From assembly GCA_965206695.1 (NCBI GenBank), contig CBDBKM010000008.1:32001-96000 (forward strand): 64,000 nucleotides of DNA, written 5' to 3'. The DNA is from Chlamydiales bacterium. GTDB lineage: Bacteria; Chlamydiota; Chlamydiia; Chlamydiales; JAAZZY01. Below are positions 52,784-63,258 of this stretch, piece by piece. Position 1 is the first letter of the stretch. Every line of letters begins with the position of its first letter. The notes beneath the pieces were generated by a model. That model ran no database searches. It was given only the letters and a program-made list of their open reading frames with translations, and was not told where the DNA came from. The position numbers and the translations under genes are program-made.

Positions 52784-55700
52784 ATGCGGCTAGATAAAAT
52801 TGAGCTTGTTGGCTTCAAATCATTTGCCGATCGAACCATTATAACATTTGATAAACCGGTTACTTCAATTGTGGGCCCTAACGGCTGTGGAAAATCAAAT
52901 ATTGTCGATGCTTTTCGTTGGGTAATGGGAGAGCAGTCTGCCAAATCCATGCGTGGAGATACAATGGTGGATGTGATTTTCTCCGGATCCGGTAAACGTA
53001 AAGTCCTAAATTTTGCAGAAGTCTCTATTACTTTTACTGAGATCAACAGCCTTTTACCTGTTGATTTTGATGAAATCTGTATTTCAAGACGATTATTCCG
53101 TTCCGGAGAATCTGAGTGGTATATCAACAAAAATCCTGTCAGACTCAAAGACATTCATAGTCTTTTTTGGGATACCGGACTGGGTAAAGATGCTTTTTGT
53201 ATTTTTGAGCAAGGCAAGATGGATACCATTATTAATTCCAATCCAATAGAACGTCGTTTTGTTTTTGAATCGGCGGCTAAGGTTGTGCGCTTTAAAGAGA
53301 GGAAAAAAGAAGCCTTAAGAAAACTTGAACATACTGATGCTAATCTAACGCGAGTTCAAGACATTCACAACGAAGTCAACCAACAAATTATACGGCTACA
53401 AAAGCAAGCCGAAGAAGCTCGTATTTTCAATGAACACAAGAATGAACTGGCCAAGCTTAAAAAAGGAATGCTTATTCTCAAGTCCAAAAAATATCGTAAT
53501 CATTTAAAAGTAAAAGTAAAAGAAGTTAATGAATTAAACCAAACTTTAAAAACAGATCAAGATACCTTCATACAGACTGAACAAGCATTTCAGACAAAAA
53601 AGAATCTTAACCAACAACTTGTTGAGAAATTGCGCGTTGAATCCGAAGAGCTTTTTGAAAAAAGAAGTCGCAGAGAAGTTAAGATCACTGAGTTGCAAAA
53701 TCATCAAATGCAAATAGCCCAACTTGCTGAAAGAGCGAGTGAGATCAAAACATCTTTAGTTAGTATCAACGAAAAGTTAGAAGCTGATCAAAAGGAAAAA
53801 GAGACGCAGGTAGTCTACTTTCAAGAAAATGTAAGATATCAAAAAGAAATCAAAAAAGCATTAGATACCTTGACACAAGATCTTAAAGCTCTTGAAGAAA
53901 AAGTGCATTCAGAAAAAAACCAACATAAACAAACGCAAGCCAAATATCTCAATGCTCTGCAAGAAGAGAATCAGCTACAGGCCGCAATAAAAGAAAAAGA
54001 TCTTCGTCTAGAAAACAGCAATCAACAGTTAAAAGATTTTCAAGAGAAAAAAACATCTCTTTTAGATCAAAAGTCACAATTAGATAAAGAGTCTGTTGAT
54101 CAGAAAAAACATATCGATTCACTTTCACAGAAAATCGACAAAGAAAAAGCCATTTTTAAAAATCTTGAAGCTCAAATCCAACAAGCAGACGAAAGAACTA
54201 AATCACTAAAAAAAGACTTAAACTTCTCTGCAAGTGAAATTCAAGGCTTAAAAGTTAAGGGAACCACTTTAAATAAGCTACAAGAAGATATGGAAGGCTG
54301 CTCGATAAGCACTAAAAAGTTACTGAAAGCTTCTTCGGATCCTAAATGTTCCTTCTATCAAAAACTAACTCCTTTAGCCGAGATAATTATTCCCTTACCG
54401 GGATATGAGAGCATTATTGCTAATGCAATGCATCCCTACTTACAAACACTGGTTATCGATAATATCGAGGATATGCAGCAAGTTATCGATTATGCAGATC
54501 AACATAATCTAAAAAATTTCTCTCTTATTGCAAAATCTAAAATAAATGCTAACGCTAATATAAATCAGCTGAGTTCCTTTGCCGAAGATAATGAAGTCGC
54601 CAAGCATTTCTTAAATAAAATCGATTATCAAGATGCTTTGCCTTTGATAGCATCTGAGTCTCTTAAATCTGTAACCATTTATGGAAAAGATTTTTTTATA
54701 GATGCTAAAGGTGTTCTTTTTCACGTTTCTTTAGGTTCACAAAATCTTTTCCATCGAGAAGCCGAACTTAAAAAAATCTCTTATACCATAAAGAAACTTA
54801 AGGCCAAAAATACCGAACTTAATAAAAGCTATGAACAAGCAACAGCCGCATCCCTTTCTTTACTTGAAAAATACAAAGAAAAAGATAAAGAAATGCGTCA
54901 GCAGGAACTGTCCTTATTAGAGATTAATTTTTCCTATCATAGGAACAAAGAAGCACACGCCCGGGTTGAAAAACAATTCCAAAATTGTATTGAAAAACAT
55001 CCCGATGATACCAAAGCACTTCAACAAATTGAAGTGGCTTTAGAGGACTTAACAAAGCAATTGACAACCTTAAATAAAGAAAAAGAAAACTATCATAAAG
55101 ATTTTTCTGCGATTGATTCAAGTTTTGAAGAATCTTTTGCTTTATTAAAAGAAAAGCGAAACAAACAATCAGAAGTTGAGGAACGATATCGTGACCTAAC
55201 TAATGAGATTCAAAAATTGACTCATAAAAACCAACTCATAGATCATCAACATCAAGAATACTTACGTCAAATTTCTTTTTATCATGAAGAAATTCACAAG
55301 AATACCGAGAAAAAAAATCTTTTAATGAACCAAGCAGCTGATTTTGAGAAAGTGATTAAAGATTATGAAGTACAATTAAATATTGCCAATGACTCCTATC
55401 AACAACATCAACTCGAATTACAAACTTTAAATGCTCAAATCGAATCCTTTGAAAAACATATAAATGAAGCACGCACACAACAAGAGCTTTTAAAACACAC
55501 AGAAATGGAATTAAGGATCGCAATATCGCAATTAGAGACTAATTACAACACCACTTTAAATGACTTAGATCAATCATACGGACTCAATATAGATGAAATT
55601 GATTCATTTGATATCTCCTTTATAGCGTCTATTAGAGAAGCTGAAAAAAGAATTCCGTTTTTACAAAATGAGTTAGAAAAACATCCTGAAATTAATTTAG

Positions 55701-56320
55701 CTGCAATAGCAGAGTGTGAAGAACATCGCACTCGATCTGATTTTTTAGATAAACAGCTTCTGGATCTTAATAATGCTAAAACCGAACTTGTCGATATCAT
55801 CACCACATTAGACAAAACATCTAAAAAAACATTTAAAGAAACGTTCGCAACAATACGAACCAATTTTAAAAAGAACTATTTAACTCTTTTCAATGGAGGA
55901 GAAGCGGACCTAAAACTTACCGAAAACGCAGATATTCTAGAAGCGGGTATAGAAATCGTTGCAAAACCTCCCGGTAAACAAATGCGTTCTATTCAATTAT
56001 TATCAGGTGGAGAAAAGTGCTTAACAGCGATCGCTCTTCTTTTTGCTCTTTTTGAAACCCGGCCTATCCCTTTTTGTATTTTGGATGAGATTGATGCGCC
56101 ATTAGATGACGCTAATATCGATAGATTTACTAATGTATTAAAACAATTTATGAAAAAGAATCAATTAATTATAATTACACATAATAAAAGAACCATGGCA
56201 ATTGCAGACATACTTTTTGGCGTATCTATGCAAGAAAGAGGGGTATCACAAATCATACCGTTAAAGTTCAAAACAGAAAAAGAAGTCAACCCTCAATCTA
56301 AAGCTGTCGCAATCAACTAA
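52784..56320 (+). CDS. smc: Chromosome segregation protein SMC
   Basis: GFKSFAD, GPNGCGKSN, long coiled coils, LSGGEK, LDEIDAPLD. Confidence 0.95.
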   Translation: MRLDKIELVGFKSFADRTIITFDKPVTSIVGPNGCGKSNIVDAFRWVMGEQSAKSMRGDTMVDVIFSGSGKRKVLNFAEVSITFTEINSLLPVDFDEICISRRLFRSGESEWYINKNPVRLKDIHSLFWDTGLGKDAFCIFEQGKMDTIINSNPIERRFVFESAAKVVRFKERKKEALRKLEHTDANLTRVQDIHNEVNQQIIRLQKQAEEARIFNEHKNELAKLKKGMLILKSKKYRNHLKVKVKEVNELNQTLKTDQDTFIQTEQAFQTKKNLNQQLVEKLRVESEELFEKRSRREVKITELQNHQMQIAQLAERASEIKTSLVSINEKLEADQKEKETQVVYFQENVRYQKEIKKALDTLTQDLKALEEKVHSEKNQHKQTQAKYLNALQEENQLQAAIKEKDLRLENSNQQLKDFQEKKTSLLDQKSQLDKESVDQKKHIDSLSQKIDKEKAIFKNLEAQIQQADERTKSLKKDLNFSASEIQGLKVKGTTLNKLQEDMEGCSISTKKLLKASSDPKCSFYQKLTPLAEIIIPLPGYESIIANAMHPYLQTLVIDNIEDMQQVIDYADQHNLKNFSLIAKSKINANANINQLSSFAEDNEVAKHFLNKIDYQDALPLIASESLKSVTIYGKDFFIDAKGVLFHVSLGSQNLFHREAELKKISYTIKKLKAKNTELNKSYEQATAASLSLLEKYKEKDKEMRQQELSLLEINFSYHRNKEAHARVEKQFQNCIEKHPDDTKALQQIEVALEDLTKQLTTLNKEKENYHKDFSAIDSSFEESFALLKEKRNKQSEVEERYRDLTNEIQKLTHKNQLIDHQHQEYLRQISFYHEEIHKNTEKKNLLMNQAADFEKVIKDYEVQLNIANDSYQQHQLELQTLNAQIESFEKHINEARTQQELLKHTEMELRIAISQLETNYNTTLNDLDQSYGLNIDEIDSFDISFIASIREAEKRIPFLQNELEKHPEINLAAIAECEEHRTRSDFLDKQLLDLNNAKTELVDIITTLDKTSKKTFKETFATIRTNFKKNYLTLFNGGEADLKLTENADILEAGIEIVAKPPGKQMRSIQLLSGGEKCLTAIALLFALFETRPIPFCILDEIDAPLDDANIDRFTNVLKQFMKKNQLIIITHNKRTMAIADILFGVSMQERGVSQIIPLKFKTEKEVNPQSKAVAIN

Positions 56321-56340
56321 TCTTATCCTATTCCAAAACA

Positions 56341-56491
56341 CATCAGCCGAAAGTAGCCGCTTAACGGTAATGATGGGGACGTGTTGAAACAGGAAAAGCG
56401 CAGCGAAGAAACACTTGCAGGACGCAAGTAGCTAGACGTAGTCAGCGATTCTAAGAGTTAGCCGCCGTCTCGGAGGATTACTAATCTGATG
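56341..56491. other. GC-richer intergenic element with predicted stems (ncRNA or palindromic element; unassigned)
   Basis: Closing CATCAG/CTGATG; internal hairpins ACTTGC..GCAAGT and GCT.GAC..GTCAGC. Confidence 0.35.
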
Positions 56492-56556
56492 CTTTAAATT
56501 TTTGAATGAAAGAGAAGTGTCAATGCACGAAGTTATACATTATTAATAAAATAAAC

Positions 56557-57394
56557 GGTAGTCCTAAACAAGTAATGCTTTTTTTCTATTATAATCACAG
56601 ATAAAATATTGAATCATTCCAATATGGTTTGCCGTTTTCTTTGAAAATGATAATGTTTTTCTCACAAGTCTTGAACATCTTTGTCGTAAGGTATTATTAA
56701 ATCTTTCAATGTAACTTGTTTTTCCGGATTCTTTTCCAACAGGACGATGTTGTTTCCATGGAATGATTTCATAGTATACAGGAAACTTATCTGTATAAAA
56801 AAGGGCTTTTTTTTTAAATCTTCAGGTAGTTTTTTTAAAAGCATTTCTCCCGATTCACGGCTTCGTTTGCCAACGTGCATCGCTACAACCTGTCTTGTTT
56901 TGAATGAAAGACAAGCCATAGCCATTGTTGATTTCCTTTTTTTTGTACAAAGCTCCACTGTTCATCCGGCGCACAAATCGCTACTTCAAATTATTCATTT
57001 TTAGTAGTTAATATTGCATTTAAATGTTCCGGTAATTCGAATATTATTTCCTCCATAAATCATAACAACCAAGGTATACTGATAGAAAAAATCCTACATA
57101 TACCTTCAAGAGAAACTCGTTCTAAAAGAGCCTGTTGAACTTCATGACGAGTGCGTTGATCGATTATTTTATTTTTCGGTTTTAATACAAATTGTCTAGT
57201 GCATACAAGACAGTAGTAATTTTGTTTGCCATTATGAATATAACCATTTTTTTTGATACTCTTTGAATCACAAGACGGACAGGTTGATTTCATGAAAATC
57301 TCCCTTAAAAACAAAAATAGAGAGACAAGGAAAACTCTAAAAATGATCCATGTCAACTAAAATTTTTCATAAGCATTACTTGTTTAGGATTACA
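56557..57394 (-). mobile_element. IS1-family element, inactivated
   Basis: 24-bp terminal inverted repeats (GGTAGTCCTAAACAAGTAATGCTT / AAGCATTACTTGTTTAGGATTACA); CPSC..KKNG..GKQNYYC Zn finger, DEQWSFV, A-run frameshift site; in-frame stop at 57060. Confidence 0.88.
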
Positions 57395-57600
57395 AAAAAA
57401 ATATAAATGATTGGCAATTAAACATTTAGTTTAATTAATTTATTTTTGCAATTTTTTAACTATTAAGATTTAAATAAATTATTAAAACTACCGGAAACAA
57501 GCTATTTATATTTAATATTTGATTAAAATCTTAATATCTGTTATAATTTAGTTTATATTGTTTTCATCCCTCTATTAAACTAACATATAAAAACAGAATA

Positions 57601-57894
57601 ATGAATAAATTAACTTATCAACAAGACATTGGTATTCAGAAGCTTATAAAATTTATTAAAGAGATTAAGTTGCCTTTAAAATCAGGTTATTTGAAACAAG
57701 TGAAAGAGTATATCGAATCGATTATGTCTGATCTTAATTTAACTGATTTTCCTGTTAATAAAGTGTTTATGATTGAAACTTTTAAGAAGCTACTGTTCAA
57801 AGGAGTAGATGAGATGGCGGGTAATGGAGGTAATCCAAGAGAAGGTAAAGAAGATGCCATAAGATCATTAAATGGTATTCAAAAGAGCATATAA
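57601..57894 (+). CDS. Small hypothetical protein
   Basis: 97-aa ATG-initiated ORF with TATAAT at 57542-57547; no recognisable motif. Confidence 0.5.
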   Translation: MNKLTYQQDIGIQKLIKFIKEIKLPLKSGYLKQVKEYIESIMSDLNLTDFPVNKVFMIETFKKLLFKGVDEMAGNGGNPREGKEDAIRSLNGIQKSI

Positions 57895-57954
57895 GCTAAG
57901 GGTTTTCTCGATTAAAGCCTTGTTCCCTTGAGAATTAGAAGTTGTCAAAGGTTA

Positions 57955-58127
57955 TTGACTTCCTCCAACGACTAAAGCCGATGGATTCCCATCCTTTACA
58001 GTTAGGAGATTCCTTTAATCCTCTACCAACTTACTTTAAATTAAAGTAGGATTACTCTCGTTTTGTAGTAGTATCCATTTCCAAGGCTATGGGTTTTTAC
58101 GAAACCCTTCCCGTATGTCCTATGGTA
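57955..58127 (-). ncRNA. IS200/IS605 right end with omegaRNA (reRNA)-like scaffold, no adjacent tnpB
   Basis: Minus strand ACCATAGGACATACGGGAA...GAAT-CCATCGGCTTTAGTCGTTGG-AGGAAG-TCAA, i.e. the canonical GAAT guide, hairpin and TCAA cleavage site. Confidence 0.65.
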
Positions 58128-58567
58128 ATTCTGAAAAACAACTCCTCTATCTCACAACATGATATTATACAATTAGCAGACACATTCAACAATGCATTAC
58201 ACTCTTCTAAAAAATGTGTTTTAAATCCTATGGATTCCATTCTTCTTATCTTAACCGGCCCTATTTAACATGACACCCAATATAAAGGCGATCTTATAGA
58301 TACCCTTCGTTCCTTTATTCAAACACTAATCACTCTCTTATAAACCAATTGATATTGAAAATTGTTTGAGATATTGGCATGCTTCAAAATAAGATTAATA
58401 ATTCACGTAACTCTCATTTTTAGTGTTATTCAAGAGCTTTTAAAATATATTGGTGCCATGTACCCATTTTAAGTTATATCTCATGGGACATTATGAAGCC
58501 TCTGATCAACTTCAACTCATTACTCTTAAGGTTTTAAAACCATAACTCTTACACTTTCGAAACTTAT

Positions 58568-59507
58568 TATAGTCGTTTAATTTTACATTGATAAGATTGC
58601 TTGATCAATGGCGAATTTAAAATTCGTAACTTTTCGTAATATCTCTCTAACTTTATTTTTCATATTAGCCCAATATTTTTCTATAGGATTTAAGTCCGGA
58701 GAATATGGAGGAAGAAACATAAGCTTACAACCGGCAGATTCTACTGTTTTCCTGCTTTCCGCTGACTTGTGAAAACCGGCATTGTCAAGAATAAGAACAC
58801 TACCGGGTGTAAGCTGAGGAGTCAAAACTTCCTTAAGCCAAATATTGAATAACCCGGTATTACAAGTACCTTCAAAACCCATTGGAGATAAAAACTGCCC
58901 TTTAGATAGGGCTGAAATAATATTTTGCCTTATAAAGCGGTTTCCTGAAACCGCTCCAAAAACTTTTTTGCCGCGTAAGCTTCTTCCGGACTCACGAAAT
59001 AAAAATTGATGAATCCCGGTTTCATCGAGATAAATCCTCTTGTCAAAGGGAATATTTTTTAAATCTTTCATAAAAGCTTCCCGTTTCTTTTCATCTCTTT
59101 CCTTATAGCGAGTAGTTTTTTTTTTCGTGTAATTTTTAATCTTTTAAGGGCATAAAAAATCGTTTGCGGAGTGACTGAAAAATAATCAGCAATTTCCGAT
59201 AAAAAATAATCCGGATGTTTTTCTACATATTTAGATAACAACTCATCATCTAATTTCTTATAAGCATATTTTCTGCGGATTGGCTTTAAATGTCCTTTTT
59301 GCTTTTTTTTGCAAGATCCATCGATATATTGTTGCGATACCTACTTGAAAAATATGGCCGGCTGTTTTTTTATCATGATGTTTTTCTATATGTTGTAATA
59401 CTTTCTCTCGAAGATCTACTGAATAGGCTCTAGGCATTGTTTTGTCCTTATTGTTTGTATAAAAAAAGAAGGATAACATATTATCAAATAAAAATTAAAG
59501 TACTATA
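58568..59507 (-). mobile_element. IS630-family element, copy 5 (+1 frameshift in ORF1, substitutions in both termini)
   Basis: 940 bp; T8 instead of T7 near 59303-59310. Confidence 0.95.
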
Positions 59508-59549
59508 AATAAAAAATTCAACCTCTCATTTCTTCAATGCGAAACTCCT

Positions 59550-59819
59550 GTAAGATAGGTATCCGGATATTTTTGAAGATATTGTTTAAGTTTATTACTA
59601 TCAATTTTACTCGAACCGGGACGTCTTTTGTTAGGTGCTAAGATCTACAGTCTTTCTCAAGAAATCCGGTTCGATAAAGTGCGGGCTGTAAGTGAAAAAA
59701 TGACACTTACCTCTTTTCGTGTCCCCAACTTTTTAATATATTTTAATGCTTGTTTTCTTAAATCAAGTGAATATGTCATCCGGATATTCTATATGAAAAA
59801 TAAAATTTAAAGCACTACA
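59550..59819 (-). pseudogene. Remnant of a second, divergent IS630 lineage (left end plus ORF1)
   Basis: From ATG at 59779: MTYSLDLRKQALKYI..., later KIDSNKLKQYLQKYPDTYL; terminus TGTAGTGCTTTAAATTTTATTT. Confidence 0.7.
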
Positions 59820-59901
59820 TCTTCCGTGTCTTACCAAGGTATGTCAATGTCTTTTTGACTAACGAATATTATTCTTAAAAAATAAATAGAATCTACTCTT
59901 C

Positions 59902-61119
59902 TTATTCGTTTTTTATTGTAAAGTTATAATGAGGGCCATAGTTTATAAAGAACTCTTCCCCCTCAGGGATATTTTTATTAGCTACATAAAAATTTATATT
60001 TTTACCAAAAAGAACTACAGATATATTATTTGCTCCTATTTTTATATCATCTCCTAACTGAGCGGTATTTACCAAGCTAAGTTGATTTCCCGAATTGAAT
60101 CCATCAACAAAACGATGGGACGAGGACGTTTCAAATAGATATGCTGAAATATTTCTCGGGCCATGCTGTCTTTTTACTTGCGAGAAAGTTTCTTCTCCGT
60201 CATGAAGGACCCCTGAATAAGGGCCTAAAACTTCGAATGCTTTAATATCTCTTTTTGCAAAGGCAGATTCTCCTCTGAACGGCCCTATATCTATAGGAGT
60301 GCTAATCTTATAAATATCACGCAAACGATTTGTATATTCTGTTCTCTTCTCTTCGCTTAGTATTAACCATTCACGCATGCTGTTCTTTATTGTATCATGA
60401 ATTTTCTTTTTTTCTGAGGTAGTTCCGTTCAGGTATCTTTTATTGAGGTAACCCCACTTTGAAACTTTGATATTTTCTATGTCTCCTTCAGCTTGATACA
60501 GAAGACTCTGTGTTTTATCCTCCGGTTTTTGCAAGACGGGTAAGGTGTCGTCTATTTTACGAGTAACTGTAGACGAGTCCAAAATAGCACAGTCCGAATC
60601 TTTGTTATTTAAATTCGGCTCTTCCTTTATCGACAGAATCTCACGGTCTGATGAAGTTTTATCCGGCAATACACTATGTATTATATCATCCGGGTTCTTT
60701 TTAGTTTCTTCACCTCTAGATTTTCTACGTCGCTCTTTCTGTGCTTTAGACATCTTCTCTCTAGTTGCATCAGATACAGTATGCCCTTTATGTGCCTCAG
60801 ATAGTTGTTTTCTAGCGTCTTCACCTTTAGGTCCTGTATATCGCTTTTTCTGTGCTTCAGATATTTTCCTTTTAGTTTCATCAGATACAGTATGCCCTTG
60901 ATGTGATTTAGACATTTTATCTTTAGTTGCATCAGTAACTTTACGTTTCTTGCTTGGATGTGGAGAGACATTGTTGTTGTTTGTTTGTGTAATAGAAGTT
61001 ATGGCATAACTAGAGATAGATTGGTTTGGTTCACTGATTACAGGTGCTTGTTGATATAATGCTATCTTATTAACCCAATTGAAAACGTCTTGGGGTTGTT
61101 TATTGTTAAAAATGCTCAT
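59902..61119 (-). CDS. SET-domain protein with NUMOD3-like repeats and a putative NLS (candidate nuclear effector)
   Basis: PSKKRKV; GHTVSDETKRKISEAQK-type repeats; SET motifs FAKRDIKAFEVLGPYSG, YLF, VDG..GN..SLVN, IPEGEEFFINYG..Y. Confidence 0.8.
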   Translation of the reverse strand: MSIFNNKQPQDVFNWVNKIALYQQAPVISEPNQSISSYAITSITQTNNNNVSPHPSKKRKVTDATKDKMSKSHQGHTVSDETKRKISEAQKKRYTGPKGEDARKQLSEAHKGHTVSDATREKMSKAQKERRRKSRGEETKKNPDDIIHSVLPDKTSSDREILSIKEEPNLNNKDSDCAILDSSTVTRKIDDTLPVLQKPEDKTQSLLYQAEGDIENIKVSKWGYLNKRYLNGTTSEKKKIHDTIKNSMREWLILSEEKRTEYTNRLRDIYKISTPIDIGPFRGESAFAKRDIKAFEVLGPYSGVLHDGEETFSQVKRQHGPRNISAYLFETSSSHRFVDGFNSGNQLSLVNTAQLGDDIKIGANNISVVLFGKNINFYVANKNIPEGEEFFINYGPHYNFTIKNE

Positions 61120-61394
61120 ACAACACCTTTATTTAATGTTTATAAATAATTACAACACATTCCTATTAATTATTTATTAAGAATAAAGGTTTAATAAACA
61201 ATTAAACATACTCAGCAATATAATACTTATTAACATATACTAAATTAAATCAAAGAGGCTTGTTTTGTTGGGTTATCTGCCAATTCAGATTTATTATAGT
61301 AAAGATCTCTGCATAACTTTTGCCAACCCATGAATTTTAGTTAGTAATAGGTTGATATAGAGAAAATTGGTTTTAAAAGGTAATCCCCCCATAA

Positions 61395-61714
61395 TTAAGC
61401 GGCATTAGGATTAGAGGTTTTGTTATAGTTGGCATATTGTGCCATTTTCATAATGGGTGTTATACCACCTAAAGCGATATTAGGGCGTTCATTATTATAA
61501 TGCCATAACCACCTTGTGGCTTCTTCTTGTGCTTGTTGAATGGAGATAAACAACCGCATATCTAACCATTCATGACGCACCGTACGATTGTAAGGTTCAA
61601 GATAAGCATTTTGCTGCGGTTTCCCGGGTTGGATAAACGACAGAAGAATACTTTGATGGTTTGCCCAATCAAAAAGCTGCCGGCTGATATATTCCGGACC
61701 ATTATCGCATCGAA
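61395..61714 (-). pseudogene. IS3-family transposase C-terminal fragment
   Basis: DNGPEY, IQPGKPQQNAY.E.YN, W..HYNNERP..LGG.TP. Confidence 0.85.
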
Positions 61715-62240
61715 AAGACCCCTGCATAAGTTCCATATTTTTTAAAAATTTGCAATAATATTTCCATATTTTAAATTAGGGTATAGAGATGAGTTTTTTC
61801 ACAGTTGTAGCTAAAGATAGAATCAGTAAAGAGCATTATTTGATAAAAATAGATAACCTTATCAATTGGAAAGCACCGGATAGAAAGCTCAGAGGTATTC
61901 ATATCAACGAAGTAAATCCTAAAGGAGGGCCTAAAGCCTACAATAACCTTTCAATGTTTAAGGCTATTCTTTTAGGACAGTGGCATAGCCTCAGTGATTC
62001 CGGACTAGAAGAGGCTCTGAGTTTACGTCTAGATTTCATGCTATTTACCGGATTTGAGATCGTCGATAAATTCCCTGATGAAACCACTTTATGCCGCTTT
62101 AGAAACCATCTTATAAAAAAAAATCTACATGGATTGCTTTTTGCAGAAATTAATGCCCGGCTTGAGGAGCATGGGATTAAGGTGCGTTATGCGAAAACGG
62201 CTTTAGTAGATGCTACCATCATTGATTCTTCTGCAAGGTC
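61715..62240 (+). pseudogene. IS5-family element left end and transposase N-terminus, truncated by IS630
   Basis: Terminus AAGACCCCTGCATAAG; MFKAILLGQWHSLSD..EE, PDETTLCRFR, VDATII. Confidence 0.85.
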
Positions 62241-63179
62241 TATAGTATTTTAATTTTTATTTGATAATATGTTATCCTTCTTTTTTTATACAAACAGTAA
62301 GGACAAAACAATGCCTAGAGCCTATTCAGTAGATCTTCGAGAGAAAGTATTACAACATATAGAAAAACATCATGATAAAAAAACAGCCGGCCATATTTTT
62401 CAAGTAGGTATCGCAACAATATATCGATGGATCTTGCAAAAAAAGCAAAAAGGACATTTAAAGCCAATCCGCAGAAAATATGCTTATAAGAAATTAGATG
62501 ATGAGTTGTTATCTAAATATGTAGAAAAACATCCGGATTATTTTTTATCGGAAATTGCTGATTATTTTTCAGTCACTCCGCAAACGATTTTTTATGCCCT
62601 TAAAAGATTAAAAATTACACGAAAAAAAAAACTACTCGCTATAAGGAAAGAGATGAAAAGAAACGGGAAGCTTTTATGAAAGATTTAAAAAATATTCCCT
62701 TTGACAAGAGAATTTATCTCGATGAAACCGGGATTCATCAATTTTTATTTCGTGAGTCCGGAAGAAGCTTACGCGGCAAAAGAGTTTTTGGAGCGGTTTC
62801 AGGAAACCGCTTTATAAGGCAAAATATTATTTCAGCCCTATCTAAAGGGCAGTTTTTATCTCCAATGTGTTTTGAAGGTACTTGTAATACCGGGTTATTC
62901 AATATTTGGCTTAAGGAAGTTTTGACTCCTCAGCTTACACCCGGTAGTGTTCTTATTCTTGACAATGCCGGTTTTCACAAGTCAGCGGAAAGCAGGAAAA
63001 CAGTAGAATCTGCCGGTTGTAAGCTTATGTTTCTTCCTCCCTATTCTCCGGACTTAAATCCTATAGAAAAATATTGGGCTAATATGAAAAATAAAGTTAG
63101 AGAGATATTACGAAAAGTTACGAATTTTAAATTCGCCATTGATCAAGCAATCTTATCAATATAAAATTAAATGACTATA
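62241..63179 (+). mobile_element. IS630-family element, copy 6 (apparently intact)
   Basis: 939 bp, both ORFs and the A10 junction intact. Confidence 0.95.
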
Positions 63180-63258
63180 CATGTGGAGTAAGTTTCAACA
63201 ATTACTCATTCTAATGAATTGTTTATTTTTTTGCTTAGGATCTTCTTCTTGTTCATAT

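Noticed and set aside
12245..55863. Short antisense or alternate-frame ORFs inside nhaD, icd, sucB, gltT, dnaK, uvrA, the P1B ATPase, the M18 peptidase, mnmH and smc
   Set aside because: Fully overlap well-supported genes and have no recognisable motifs
56374..56491. GGGGAC start suggesting tmRNA or tRNA
   Set aside because: No T-arm GTTCGA, no CCA end, no tag reading frame; kept only as an unassigned structured element
58130..58560. Possible degraded tnpB upstream of the omegaRNA-like locus
   Set aside because: No RuvC or Zn-finger motifs recognisable on the minus strand by eye
60545..60971. ORFs 60545-60901 (+) and 60681-60971 (-)
   Set aside because: Alternate frames kept open by the internal repeats of the SET gene
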